62,593 nt of DNA from a virus (IMGVR_UViG_3300042914_000630:1-62593); one strand, 5' to 3'; positions 10,145 to 19,384 are shown, counted from the stretch's first letter. Numbers and translations are program-made. Notes: a model not told the origin generated them from the letters alone.

Positions 10145-11749
10145 ATGACAAACAATCTTGCTGATCGCTTCCGTATGCTGGATGCAATGAGAACATCCAA
10201 ACTTTATAGAGCTAGACTTTGCTCAGCTCTTACAATTCCAAGCATCCTTCCACCCGAAGGATGGACTGAAGAAATGGAACTACCTCAACCCAACTCATCT
10301 GTTGGCTCCAGAGGTGTCACTTCTTTGGCAAGTCGAATGCTATCAGCAATGATGCCTTTGAATGATACGCCATTCTTTAAGTTTGGATTACGCAGTGGTG
10401 TCGAACCAACTGCAGAAATCTCTCAGTATCTAGAGACAATGAGTTATCAGGTCTATCGAAAACTCATTAGTACAAATTTAAGAGAAACAATTTATCAAGC
10501 TATCCAGAACTTAATTGTTGCTGGAGATTGCTTGGTACATGAGATGGATGATTTTAAATTCCGTGTCACACGCCTTGATCAGTACGCAGTACAGCGTGAT
10601 GTAACAGGCATTGTAAATGAAATCATTCATATTGAATATGACTTGGTTGATCCAGAGGCAATTAGTCCACACTATTCGCTTCCACAGTCAGCTAAGAAAG
10701 GATATAAAACAACCTACTGCCAGTATCTAAGGGAGGACGATGTATGGAAATACAGAAAGGAAGACTCCGAAGGTACGCTACTAGCGGAGGGTGTATACGA
10801 AATCTGTCCTGTGACGGTTCTACGGTGGTATGGCATACCCGGAGAAAACTACGGGAGATCGCACTGCGAAGATATCCTAGGAGATCTATCAAGTCTGGAC
10901 GGATACACAAAGGCAATGCTTGATGGCATGGCAGCTGCTTCAGCATTCTGGATGGGCTTAGATCCATCCGGTATTTCTGAAGTAGACGATGTTGCCGATG
11001 CTCCCAATGGTTCATGGATTCCAATTAGACAGCAGGATGTATTTGTCCTGTCGCCTTCACAGACCATGAATCCACAGATTGGTGCTGCACAGACAGCTGT
11101 TGAAACAATGCGTAGAGAAATCGGTCAGGCATTCTTAATGTCTTCTTCCGCTATTCCAAGCGGCGACCGTGTTACTGCTACTGCCGTAAGAATGATTGGC
11201 TCAGAACTTGAGACAGTCTTGGGTGGTGCGTTCTCTGCAATTGCCAGAGATCTTATGGAGCCAATCGTAAAGCGAAGCGTTTTCCTTATGATTGAAAACG
11301 AAGAGCTAGACAACAGAATGTATGAGCAATTCTTTGATAAAGAAGGTTCACTATCTGTTGAAGTAATCACTGGTCTTCAGGCTCTTAGCCGCGACACTGA
11401 TCTACAGAAGCTCATGCAGATGGGCGAGATGGTACGCAATCTCCCAGAACAGGCAGCAATGTCGTTCAAGTGGGAAGAGTATGCCCGTGCCTTGATTACC
11501 TCTCTTGGCTTTGATGCTCGTAATTGGGTACGCTCTGCCGAAGATATTCAGAGAGAACAGATGGCACAGCAGCAGCAGATGATGCAGCAGCAAGCAATGC
11601 AAGCTGGTGGTCAGGCCGTATCTGGTGCTCTTGGAAACCTAGCTATGAGTGCTGGTCAGCAAGACCTAGCACAGAATGGTGGACAGGGCATTCTAAATGT
11701 TCTACAGAATTCTGGCGCAGATATGTCTGCATTTACAGGAGGTCAGTGA
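10145..11749 (+). CDS. Portal (head-tail connector, T7 gp8-like)
   Basis: LASRMLSAMMP...FF, GENYGR, RVTATAVR..ELE..LGG, ITGLQAL.R, Q-rich tail. Confidence 0.95.
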   Translation: MTNNLADRFRMLDAMRTSKLYRARLCSALTIPSILPPEGWTEEMELPQPNSSVGSRGVTSLASRMLSAMMPLNDTPFFKFGLRSGVEPTAEISQYLETMSYQVYRKLISTNLRETIYQAIQNLIVAGDCLVHEMDDFKFRVTRLDQYAVQRDVTGIVNEIIHIEYDLVDPEAISPHYSLPQSAKKGYKTTYCQYLREDDVWKYRKEDSEGTLLAEGVYEICPVTVLRWYGIPGENYGRSHCEDILGDLSSLDGYTKAMLDGMAAASAFWMGLDPSGISEVDDVADAPNGSWIPIRQQDVFVLSPSQTMNPQIGAAQTAVETMRREIGQAFLMSSSAIPSGDRVTATAVRMIGSELETVLGGAFSAIARDLMEPIVKRSVFLMIENEELDNRMYEQFFDKEGSLSVEVITGLQALSRDTDLQKLMQMGEMVRNLPEQAAMSFKWEEYARALITSLGFDARNWVRSAEDIQREQMAQQQQMMQQQAMQAGGQAVSGALGNLAMSAGQQDLAQNGGQGILNVLQNSGADMSAFTGGQ

Positions 11750-12048
11750 TGGCTAAGAAACTAAACAAAGCAAGCATGCCTTGCAATCGACCACAGAAAT
11801 CTCCTAATCCCAACAAGAAAAAAGTAGTCAAGGCTTGTGCCAATGGACAGGAAAAGATCATTCACTACGGAGCTACGGGCTATGGTCATAACTATAGTGC
11901 TGCTGCCCGTAAGTCTTTCCGTGCAAGACACAAGTGTGGCTCTGCCAAAAACAAACTTACTGCTCAGTATTGGGCTTGCAAGAACCTATGGGCTGGTCCC
12001 GGCGGTTCAAAGGCAAGCTGCCCAAAGGGAAGGAAGTGCAAGAAGTAA
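11749..12048 (+). CDS. Small basic Cys-containing protein (SFRARHKC...AQYWAC)
   Basis: Start overlaps the portal stop (TGATG); GGAGG SD. Confidence 0.75.
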   Translation: MAKKLNKASMPCNRPQKSPNPNKKKVVKACANGQEKIIHYGATGYGHNYSAAARKSFRARHKCGSAKNKLTAQYWACKNLWAGPGGSKASCPKGRKCKK

Positions 12049-12185
12049 TGGCTAAAGACGCATGCTATCGCAAAGTAAAGTCCCGCTACAAGAAGTGGCC
12101 TTCGGCTTATGCCTCGGGTGCTTTGGTTCAGTGCCGTAAAGTCGGTGCTGCAAAGTGGGGTTCAAAATCCAAGAGGAAAAAGTAA
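12048..12185 (+). CDS. Small basic protein (DACY.KVK.RY..WPSAYASGALV.CRK)
   Basis: TAATG coupling to upstream gene. Confidence 0.7.
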   Translation: MAKDACYRKVKSRYKKWPSAYASGALVQCRKVGAAKWGSKSKRKK

Positions 12186-12418
12186 TGCCCAGAAAAAAGA
12201 AGGCTGACTTCTCTCTTGAGAAAAAGAAAGGATTGCATGGTTGGTTTGCACGAAACAACGGAAAAGGTTGGATCGACTGCAAGACAGGTAAACCATGTGG
12301 TCGTAAAAGCGCAAGCGACAAAAGCAGGAAGTATCCTGCCTGTCGTCCAACCAAATCAATGTGTACCGCCAAGGGCGTTCGCGCCAAGAAAAGCGGTAAG
12401 CAAGTAAGGTGGGAATAA
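12185..12418 (+). CDS. Small basic Cys-containing protein (W.DCKTGKPCGR...YPACRP)
   Basis: TAATG coupling. Confidence 0.7.
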   Translation: MPRKKKADFSLEKKKGLHGWFARNNGKGWIDCKTGKPCGRKSASDKSRKYPACRPTKSMCTAKGVRAKKSGKQVRWE

Positions 12419-12543
12419 TGCCATTCAAATCTCAACAACAGCGTAAATTTATGTATGCAGTCCACCCAAAGATTGCAGCCCGTTGGTCGAAAGAAACACC
12501 AAAGGGAACTAAACTTCCAAAGCGAAAGAAAAAGAAAAAGTGA
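12418..12543 (+). CDS. Small basic protein MPFKSQQQRKFMYA...
   Basis: Hand translation 41 aa; TAATG coupling; below ORF-track cutoff. Confidence 0.65.
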   Translation: MPFKSQQQRKFMYAVHPKIAARWSKETPKGTKLPKRKKKKK

Positions 12544-12544
12544 A

Positions 12545-12985
12545 ATGCATCGAAATAGAACTTGGTCTTTTACTTCTCCACTTTGGAGACTTGATCACAA
12601 TAGAATATTAAACACAGATGGTTTTATTCCAGCATTGCTTTACCTTTTCTGGTCCCCTTTTAATGTTGTACTACTTACGCAGCTAACTGTACTTAATCCT
12701 CTTAGAAATGCTAATACAATTTCTGAAACTTATCAACCAGTTTGTCTTAAGTGGACTTTAATAACAGGCGGTGTTCCTAGGAATGTAATATTATACTATC
12801 GTAAAAATGGCGGTGCTTGGGTATCTTTTGCTGAAAATACATTTACAGCTGTAACTTTTACAAATGGAGATACATTTCAACTAGGTGCTCAGACAGGCAC
12901 TGCTACAGGTACTTTTAGTCTTGCGTTATTCAATGATGCAGACGGCTTGCAATGTTCGGAAGTACTCTCAATATCTGTTATTTAA
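12545..12985 (+). CDS. Putative virion accessory protein
   Basis: Beta-rich; N-terminus resembles that of 13518..14801. Confidence 0.6.
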   Translation: MHRNRTWSFTSPLWRLDHNRILNTDGFIPALLYLFWSPFNVVLLTQLTVLNPLRNANTISETYQPVCLKWTLITGGVPRNVILYYRKNGGAWVSFAENTFTAVTFTNGDTFQLGAQTGTATGTFSLALFNDADGLQCSEVLSISVI

Positions 12986-12999
12986 ACAAAGGATATTAA

Positions 13000-13518
13000 A
13001 TGATTCACACACATACAATGACACAATTGAAAACAGTTCAGGAACCAATGAAGTGGTTGTCGGCTAATATCCCAACAAACACAACAACAATTCCCAATGA
13101 AGCACCAACAGTTACTGCACCAAGTGGTGCTGGTGTACTTTCAAACTCAAGCTTGAACTATATTAAGATTGTTCCAATGCTTAATGCTTTGGCGACATCT
13201 CAAACTATTAGAGTAACTGGATGGAGCAAAGCTATTGTTGGTACAACAACATATTATGTTCCTCAGCTTTTGTTTTATGGTTCTATAACTGCCTTAAACA
13301 CAACAGCCACAGCCCTTACACTTAACTCTGTTACTTTGCTACCTGTAGCTACAATTACCAAGACACAGGGTGATGCCAAGATTTATAACTCAACAAGCAT
13401 CAATTCGACTTCTTCGATTCTTGTCGATACTCTTGGATGCGAGCTTGTTGAAGTAGAATACTTTGCAACTGCTGGTGGTTCTTCTACTGGTGGTAATCTT
13501 TTCTACGGAGCAATCTAA
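13000..13518 (+). CDS. Putative virion accessory protein (T/S-rich)
   Basis: AAGGA SD; beta-rich composition. Confidence 0.65.
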   Translation: MIHTHTMTQLKTVQEPMKWLSANIPTNTTTIPNEAPTVTAPSGAGVLSNSSLNYIKIVPMLNALATSQTIRVTGWSKAIVGTTTYYVPQLLFYGSITALNTTATALTLNSVTLLPVATITKTQGDAKIYNSTSINSTSSILVDTLGCELVEVEYFATAGGSSTGGNLFYGAI

Positions 13519-14801
13519 TGCATCGCTTCAGGTCTTGGACATTAGATCCACCTGAATGGAGAACGCAGAGGAATCGTATTCTTGCTGTTGAAGGTGGAGA
13601 TGGTTCTACTTTGTCATTAGATTTTACTACAGGAGTGCTTGATCCACGCCTGACGTTCACGCGGGCGAGCACCACGGCGACGTACATCAATTCGAGCGGC
13701 TACGTCACGACGGCAGGCACGAACGTCGCCCGCTTCGACCACGACCCGACCACGCTAGCTCCTCGCGGTCTGCTGATTGAGGGAAGCGCGACAAACCTTG
13801 CGCTACGCAGCGGTGATTTCAATACTACGGTGACTGATGGCACGAATTGGAGTGCAAGCGGCTACACAGCGGGAACGTTGTCAACAAGTCTTCCAGACGG
13901 AACCACGGGCAACGCACGAAGGATCAGTATTGCGTCTGGATCTGGGTCGTTCCGTTCAACAACGATTACGGTGACGGCATCAACTGCGTACACGTTCTCG
14001 TTTTGGGCGCGAAACAACGGCGGATCGCAGGCACGATTCCGTGTCTGGAACGTAACGGCTGGTTCTTCCATCGTTGACTACACGCAATCCATCAACAACT
14101 ATGTCTCGCAGATTGGCGGCGCAAACAACACATCCTCTACCTGGGTTCGCGTGTCCGTTCAATTTACGACGCCCGCAGGATGCACAGCAATCTACGTCTA
14201 CCCAACTTCAAGCGATTCCGGCACGGTTGATCTTCTGGTTTGGGGCGCACAGGTCGAAGCAGGTTCCGGTGCCTCCTCGTACATCCCCACGGGCGCGAGT
14301 CAGGCGACGAGGGTGCAGGATCTTGTGTCGATCACATCGACGAATTTCTCGTCGTGGTGGACATCAAACAATCCCGCATCGTTCCTTGTAGATGTTTCAT
14401 CGACAAACCGGCCGCTGGCAAACCACATCTTCCGGATCGCAGATAGCAGCGGGTCTGCATATGGATATCAGTCGTACTTCAACAGCACGACGATGCCGAT
14501 GCAAGTCCGTGCGGCAATGAGTTCGACCGCAAGCAGCGACGTGGCAATCGGAAGCAACCTCGCGGCAAATACGCGCACCAAAATCGGCTTTACCGTTGAA
14601 ACAGCATCGCTCAAGCGATTCCGCGACGGAAGCCCCGCCAGTACCTTGAACACGCCGACGCTTCCCCCGAACATGTTGACGCAAATGTACATCGGCGGTA
14701 CTTCCACGTTTGGCAATTCGAGCGCGGATTTCCACATCAGGCAATTCAAGTATTGGCCCATCACGCTGTCCGATGCGGTCATGCAGGGACTCACCACATG
14801 A
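13518..14801 (+). CDS. Putative fibre/receptor-binding protein (carbohydrate-binding/LamG-like domains)
   Basis: FTRAS.ATY...RFDHDP...GLLIEG..TNL; VWGAQVEAGS.ASSYIPT; C-terminal KYWP..L; high-GC body. Confidence 0.75.
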   Translation: MHRFRSWTLDPPEWRTQRNRILAVEGGDGSTLSLDFTTGVLDPRLTFTRASTTATYINSSGYVTTAGTNVARFDHDPTTLAPRGLLIEGSATNLALRSGDFNTTVTDGTNWSASGYTAGTLSTSLPDGTTGNARRISIASGSGSFRSTTITVTASTAYTFSFWARNNGGSQARFRVWNVTAGSSIVDYTQSINNYVSQIGGANNTSSTWVRVSVQFTTPAGCTAIYVYPTSSDSGTVDLLVWGAQVEAGSGASSYIPTGASQATRVQDLVSITSTNFSSWWTSNNPASFLVDVSSTNRPLANHIFRIADSSGSAYGYQSYFNSTTMPMQVRAAMSSTASSDVAIGSNLAANTRTKIGFTVETASLKRFRDGSPASTLNTPTLPPNMLTQMYIGGTSTFGNSSADFHIRQFKYWPITLSDAVMQGLTT

Positions 14802-14959
14802 ACGACTTCATGCTCCGAACCATCACCGAGGCGCAGATGGACGATGCGCTGGAAGCCGCAGGACTGCTTGTTGAGCAGGACATGGGCGGCGGCGAACTCA
14901 AATATTGGCCTATCACAAAAACTTTAGCAGAGCTTAATGCTTTGACTACAGGAGTATAA
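14798..14959 (+). pseudogene. Chimeric recombination scar ORF
   Basis: N-half resembles the next gene's N-terminus; C-half repeats the KYWPIT fibre C-terminus. Confidence 0.65.
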
Positions 14960-14960
14960 T

Positions 14961-15272
14961 ATGGATTATTTACTTCGCTTAAACACAAAAGAAGAAATGG
15001 AACAAACTTTATTATCCGCTTCTTTATTACAAACCCATACCATAGACGAACAGGAAGTTAAACTTCCAGTTTCTGGTGTCTATGTGGATTATATTGGTTC
15101 TATTACCAAAGGTGGTCAATGGGATGAAAATGGACAGGAAGTGGTAGCACCAACTACTGATTCAAGATTTCACACCAATATTAGAGTAACTATTGATCTG
15201 ACTGCAGAGCAAATTGCTGCTCTTCCACAGGTCGATCCGCCTCCCGCAATTCCCTATAGAGTATTTGCATAA
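14961..15272 (+). CDS. Fibre-associated protein (possible chaperone)
   Basis: AGGAG SD; D.IG...FH.N.R...P..P.RVFA pattern next to fibre gene. Confidence 0.65.
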   Translation: MDYLLRLNTKEEMEQTLLSASLLQTHTIDEQEVKLPVSGVYVDYIGSITKGGQWDENGQEVVAPTTDSRFHTNIRVTIDLTAEQIAALPQVDPPPAIPYRVFA

Positions 15273-15559
15273 TGAACCTAAACAGCAAACTACAGCAACA
15301 AGCTTTGTTGAATAAGAAGTTGCAGCGTTTGCTTGCTTCTTCTCTTCAACAACTCTCAGATGTTAAATCATCTACCGATTCTGCTACCAAAGCTGCAAAT
15401 GATGCACTTCAAGCTGCAGATGCTTCTGTTAAACCAACAGCTTTAACTTCTGGTTTAGCAGGTAAAGCTAATTTAGTACATACTCATTCTGTAGCTGATA
15501 TTATAGGATTAACTACTGGTGGTTCTTATACAGAACTGAAAGGTTGGTTTTTCCTATGA
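15272..15559 (+). CDS. Short fibre-like protein (coiled coil plus HTH repeat motif)
   Basis: L.GKA...HTHSVADI.GL motif typical of tail fibres. Confidence 0.6.
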   Translation: MNLNSKLQQQALLNKKLQRLLASSLQQLSDVKSSTDSATKAANDALQAADASVKPTALTSGLAGKANLVHTHSVADIIGLTTGGSYTELKGWFFL

Positions 15560-16425
15560 GAAGATGGAGACTCAATTCAGGATACTGTGGCAACACAGAC
15601 CAACGCCGCACCAAAGCGGGAACCATTCCTGCTCTGAAGCACTACATTGAGAGGGCTTTGGGGCAGTTTAATAGCACTCCTTGGACACCATCACAAATCA
15701 CGACAGACCTTTGGTTTGATGCAGCCGATGCATCTACTATAACTCTTAATGGTAGCACCGTATCTCAATGGAACGACAAGAGTGGAAATGCTAGAAATAT
15801 ATCACAGGTTACAACAGCAAACCAACCCACATACAGTAGTGTAAACTCAGAAATTGTATTTGATGGAAGTAATGATATTCTTAGCAACGCTTCTGTGGGA
15901 GCAGCCAATTTGGTTTCAGTAACTATAATTACTGTAATGAAAATGAATAGTGGTGGTGGAACCGAAGATGTTCTTATGGGAATCGGTGAAACAGGAAATC
16001 TAGGGAGAATCAGAACATTTTATAGAAGTCCTAATCAAACAACGGTAGGATTTGCAGGTTGGGGAGCAGATGTTGGGACTTCAACACACAGTTGGGATAT
16101 TGGTGGTGGTTATCACATTTTCTCTGGATGGAACACCGCACTTGGCGCATCAAGCAATGTTCGTTTATCCCGTGATGGTGTCACCCCAACAGTACATTCT
16201 CCAAATGGCTCTTTAGTCGCATCTATTAACGGTTTCAGCGTTGGTTCTCTTCGGGGAGGAGCGGTTGGAAATTATTACTCTGCAATTAGTGTGAAAGAAA
16301 TAGTTGTTTTGTATTCCGCAGTCACAGACACCAACAGACAACTCATTGAAGGATATCTTGCATGGAAATGGGGACTATCCGCAAATCTTCCATCAGATCA
16401 CCCGTACAAAAGCGCAGCACCATAA
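15556..16425 (+). CDS. LamG/concanavalin-like virion protein
   Basis: LWFDAAD...VSQWNDKSGN, FDGSND, IEGYLAWKWG. Confidence 0.75.
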   Translation: MRRWRLNSGYCGNTDQRRTKAGTIPALKHYIERALGQFNSTPWTPSQITTDLWFDAADASTITLNGSTVSQWNDKSGNARNISQVTTANQPTYSSVNSEIVFDGSNDILSNASVGAANLVSVTIITVMKMNSGGGTEDVLMGIGETGNLGRIRTFYRSPNQTTVGFAGWGADVGTSTHSWDIGGGYHIFSGWNTALGASSNVRLSRDGVTPTVHSPNGSLVASINGFSVGSLRGGAVGNYYSAISVKEIVVLYSAVTDTNRQLIEGYLAWKWGLSANLPSDHPYKSAAP

Positions 16426-16449
16426 GCATAAATATCAAAGGAAATACTA

Positions 16450-16770
16450 ATGCCAGACGCATATAAAAACTATGCCACATCCGTTGGAGTGACTACTGCT
16501 ACTACAGTTTATGCGGGTATTACTGGCACTGCGATTGTGAATGCAATTCATATTGCTAATACAAGTACAACACTAGCCAACAGCGTATCTGTTCAGTTAT
16601 TCAAAGGAGCAACTGGCTACTACATTGTTCGTGCAGCAGCAGTCCCAATTCAATCCACCTACCAAGTATTAGATTCACCTATTCCTCTAAATACAGGCGA
16701 TACAATTAAAGTAATTGCAGGGTCAACCGCAGGACTTGATGTTATTGTATCAGTGTTAGAAAGCACATAA
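16450..16770 (+). CDS. Putative virion accessory protein
   Basis: AAGGA SD; beta-sandwich-like pattern ending L..GD.I.V. Confidence 0.65.
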   Translation: MPDAYKNYATSVGVTTATTVYAGITGTAIVNAIHIANTSTTLANSVSVQLFKGATGYYIVRAAAVPIQSTYQVLDSPIPLNTGDTIKVIAGSTAGLDVIVSVLEST

Positions 16771-16868
16771 TGGCAAAGAAAACATACAAGTGCAACTGTG
16801 GCAAGACCACGACATGCACGGGCAAAGATGCCCAGAAAATGGTATACCTAAAGAAAGGAAAGAAATGA
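16770..16868 (+). CDS. Tiny basic protein MAKKTYKCNCGK...
   Basis: Hand translation 32 aa; TAATG coupling. Confidence 0.5.
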   Translation: MAKKTYKCNCGKTTTCTGKDAQKMVYLKKGKK

Positions 16869-16945
16869 AGAAGCCAATGAAGAAGGCGGCTAAAAAGCCA
16901 GCTAAGAAGATGGCGGCTAAGAAGCCAGCCAAGAAAATGTATTGA
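16865..16945 (+). CDS. Histone H1-like Lys/Ala/Pro peptide
   Basis: MKKPMKKAAKKPAKKMAAKKPAKKMY; AAAGGA SD; ATGA overlap. Confidence 0.6.
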   Translation: MKKPMKKAAKKPAKKMAAKKPAKKMY

Positions 16946-16973
16946 TTTTAAACTCTAACGAAAGACACACACT

Positions 16974-17897
16974 ATGAATGAAGAGACTCCCGATATGATG
17001 GAACAATCCTCCGAGACTCCAGTAGTATCACAGGAACAATCTCTTACATCGACAGCAGAAGACGCTATCCTATCCCGTGAGAAGGCAGCATTTGATGCGT
17101 ATGTAAGAAACCAAGGCATGCAGGTTCCTGAGAATTTCAAGGATGCTGGTGCTTGGTTTGAAAGCCTCAAGAATGCCCAAAAGGAATTTACCAAGTCACG
17201 ACAGGAAGTAGCGGACCTGAAGAAGAAGTATGAGCAGACCCCCTCTACAGCAAACCCGGTCAAACAGGAGGCTGCGCCAACGAAGGAAGAAATTCCTGTC
17301 GTACCAGAGGTACTGAAGATTCCAGAGAAGAAGGCAGAAGAGACACCCAAGGTTGAGCCACAGGTTGCAACCGAGGATGATTGGAAGCAGTGGACCGTTG
17401 AGTTCGCCACCAATAACGATCTTTCTCCTGAGACTCTGGATACAATCAAGAAGAAGACTAACCTTCCTGAGTCGATCATCAATGAATATATGATGGGTCA
17501 GAAGGCAAAGCTTGAGATTGCCTATTCTAAAGCAGCCGAACTAATCGGTGGCAAGGATCAACTTGCCAAGATGTTTGATTGGGCTAGCAAGAATCTATCT
17601 CAGGCTGAGCAGAATTCAATTAATCAGAACCTCGCTTCTCCCGCTTGGGACATTGCTCTCTATGGCTTGCAAGCCAAGTATGCCAAGGCTACTGGCACAA
17701 GCAAGGCAGCAGAACCCAAGCAAACAGCAAGGGGTCAAGTACCTCTTGCTAGCACTCAGCAGAGTATTACCGCTTACCAAACTAAGCGAGAATTCAGTGC
17801 TGAGCGCAACAACCCAAAGTTCAATACTGATCCTAAGTTCCGCAATTATGTAGAACAACGGATGATGCGAACTGACTTTACAAAACTACCAAAATAA
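16974..17897 (+). CDS. Capsid scaffolding protein (gp9-like)
   Basis: Acidic; GG......WA..NL motif; C-terminal P.F..DP.FR..V; directly upstream of capsid gene. Confidence 0.9.
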   Translation: MNEETPDMMEQSSETPVVSQEQSLTSTAEDAILSREKAAFDAYVRNQGMQVPENFKDAGAWFESLKNAQKEFTKSRQEVADLKKKYEQTPSTANPVKQEAAPTKEEIPVVPEVLKIPEKKAEETPKVEPQVATEDDWKQWTVEFATNNDLSPETLDTIKKKTNLPESIINEYMMGQKAKLEIAYSKAAELIGGKDQLAKMFDWASKNLSQAEQNSINQNLASPAWDIALYGLQAKYAKATGTSKAAEPKQTARGQVPLASTQQSITAYQTKREFSAERNNPKFNTDPKFRNYVEQRMMRTDFTKLPK

Positions 17898-18056
17898 TCC
17901 GCACCTGAGACAGCGGATTGACTGAGGACAGCCTCTGGGCAAATCCCCCCGAGTGGTAATGGATGGCCCTTGGCTGGACTCACTCAAGCAAGTAGACTCC
18001 TTTAGGAACAATCGAACGATTGAGCTTTCTATTATTGTCTCACTTTTAGTCTACTT
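17896..18056 (+). ncRNA. Candidate structured RNA leader of the capsid gene
   Basis: Several nested helices and a 7-bp loop-distal pairing (see findings). Confidence 0.5.
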
Positions 18057-18074
18057 AAATAAGGAATAAAACAA

Positions 18075-19271
18075 ATGGCTATTAACTCAGATTTAGGCGC
18101 AGGCGATTTAGTAATGCGCGGTTCCGTTACTGCTGGACCAGCCGGTGGAGCAGCGGGTGCAAACAAACTTTGGCTACCACTCTGGTCTGGCGAAGTAATT
18201 AATGCTTACGATGAGTACAATGTTTTTGAGAATCTTATTACCAATAAGACACTAACTGGTGGCTTCTCTTACGAGTTCCCCGTAACTGGAACCGTTGCTC
18301 TCAAGCCATCATGGAGTGCTGGTGAAGAGCTTGGTGGCGGTGATGCTAGCAGCACCACTTTCAAGGTAAACCTTGATCCACGCCCAATGGCTGCTCACTT
18401 TGAGACTGACAATGTTGACTTGCTCGTTACTCAGTGGGATTACCGTTCTGAGCTAGCTCGTCAGGCCGGTCTAACACTAGCTAACACCCGTGATAAGCAG
18501 ATTGTTTCTTCTCTCATTGCTGCTAGCGTTGTTGCTCCACTTACTTCAGATCCCCGTGGTCTTGTAGCAGCAAACTTCCCCGCTCCAGCTGTAGTTGCTA
18601 CAGGCACTCAGGCTATTGGTGTTGAAGTTTCTGCATGCACCGAGACAATCGCTCTCAGCATTCTCCAGAATATCGAGAACTACCTCGTATTCATGCAGGA
18701 AAATAACTTCCCTGTTGAGAATGTTTATTGCGCTGTTCCACCAAAGGTCTTCCAAGTCATTCGTGGTCTTGGTATTCCCCGTGCTACAAACGCCTTCGCA
18801 AACACACCAATGTTCACCGCTAGCGATGACTATGGTGCTGGTGCTCCAATTTCTGTTGGAATGAATAAACTATCTGATACCCTTGATTACATGGGCGTCA
18901 AGATCATCAAGACCAACCACATTCCCCGTGCTGATCTAACCGGAGCATCAATTGGCGCAGCTAAGTATAACCTAGTTTGCAACAGCGTCAACATCTTTGG
19001 TATAATCTTCCAGCCAGAGGCCGTTGCTGGTCTATCTCTCATGGGTATGAAGGTTGATACCGTACAGGATGTTCGCCGCAACACTCAGTTCACCGTTGCA
19101 AGCATGCTCAAGGGTACTGGTGTTCTCCGTCCAGAACTCTGCCAGATTCTCGTTGGTACTACCAGCGTTGCTGCTGGTGATACTTCTGCCGAGATTGATA
19201 CTCGTTCTGAACTAGCTGCTATCTTTGGTACTGGTTCTGGCTTCGGTGCAGAGTACGCTGTAACTGCATAA
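18075..19271 (+). CDS. Major capsid protein (gp10-like)
   Basis: LWL..WSGEV..AY, S..FPVTG, DYRSE...Q.G..LA..RD, G.GVLRPE. Confidence 0.95.
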   Translation: MAINSDLGAGDLVMRGSVTAGPAGGAAGANKLWLPLWSGEVINAYDEYNVFENLITNKTLTGGFSYEFPVTGTVALKPSWSAGEELGGGDASSTTFKVNLDPRPMAAHFETDNVDLLVTQWDYRSELARQAGLTLANTRDKQIVSSLIAASVVAPLTSDPRGLVAANFPAPAVVATGTQAIGVEVSACTETIALSILQNIENYLVFMQENNFPVENVYCAVPPKVFQVIRGLGIPRATNAFANTPMFTASDDYGAGAPISVGMNKLSDTLDYMGVKIIKTNHIPRADLTGASIGAAKYNLVCNSVNIFGIIFQPEAVAGLSLMGMKVDTVQDVRRNTQFTVASMLKGTGVLRPELCQILVGTTSVAAGDTSAEIDTRSELAAIFGTGSGFGAEYAVTA

Positions 19272-19347
19272 TGATTTTATCCACTTCTGAAAGGGGGTTT
19301 AGTTTGTTTACTAACCTAGCTTGAAGAGGAGGTGATCATTATCTACC

Positions 19348-19384
19348 CCCGGCTCCCTTAAGTGGGAGCCGGGTGGTTTTTTTT
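19348..19384 (+). terminator. Intrinsic terminator after capsid (T-phi position)
   Basis: CCCGGCTCCC-TTAAGT-GGGAGCCGGG then T8. Confidence 0.9.

Noticed and set aside
13518-16425. Diversity-generating retroelement acting on fibre genes
   Set aside because: No reverse transcriptase seen; the 22-nt repeat is short and its differences are not adenine-specific.
17922-17980. Hammerhead ribozyme (CUGAGGA followed by a stem)
   Set aside because: The stem is followed by GACU rather than the required GAAA core.
19200-19320. gp10B-type capsid frameshift extension
   Set aside because: No clear slippery site and little coding space before the terminator.
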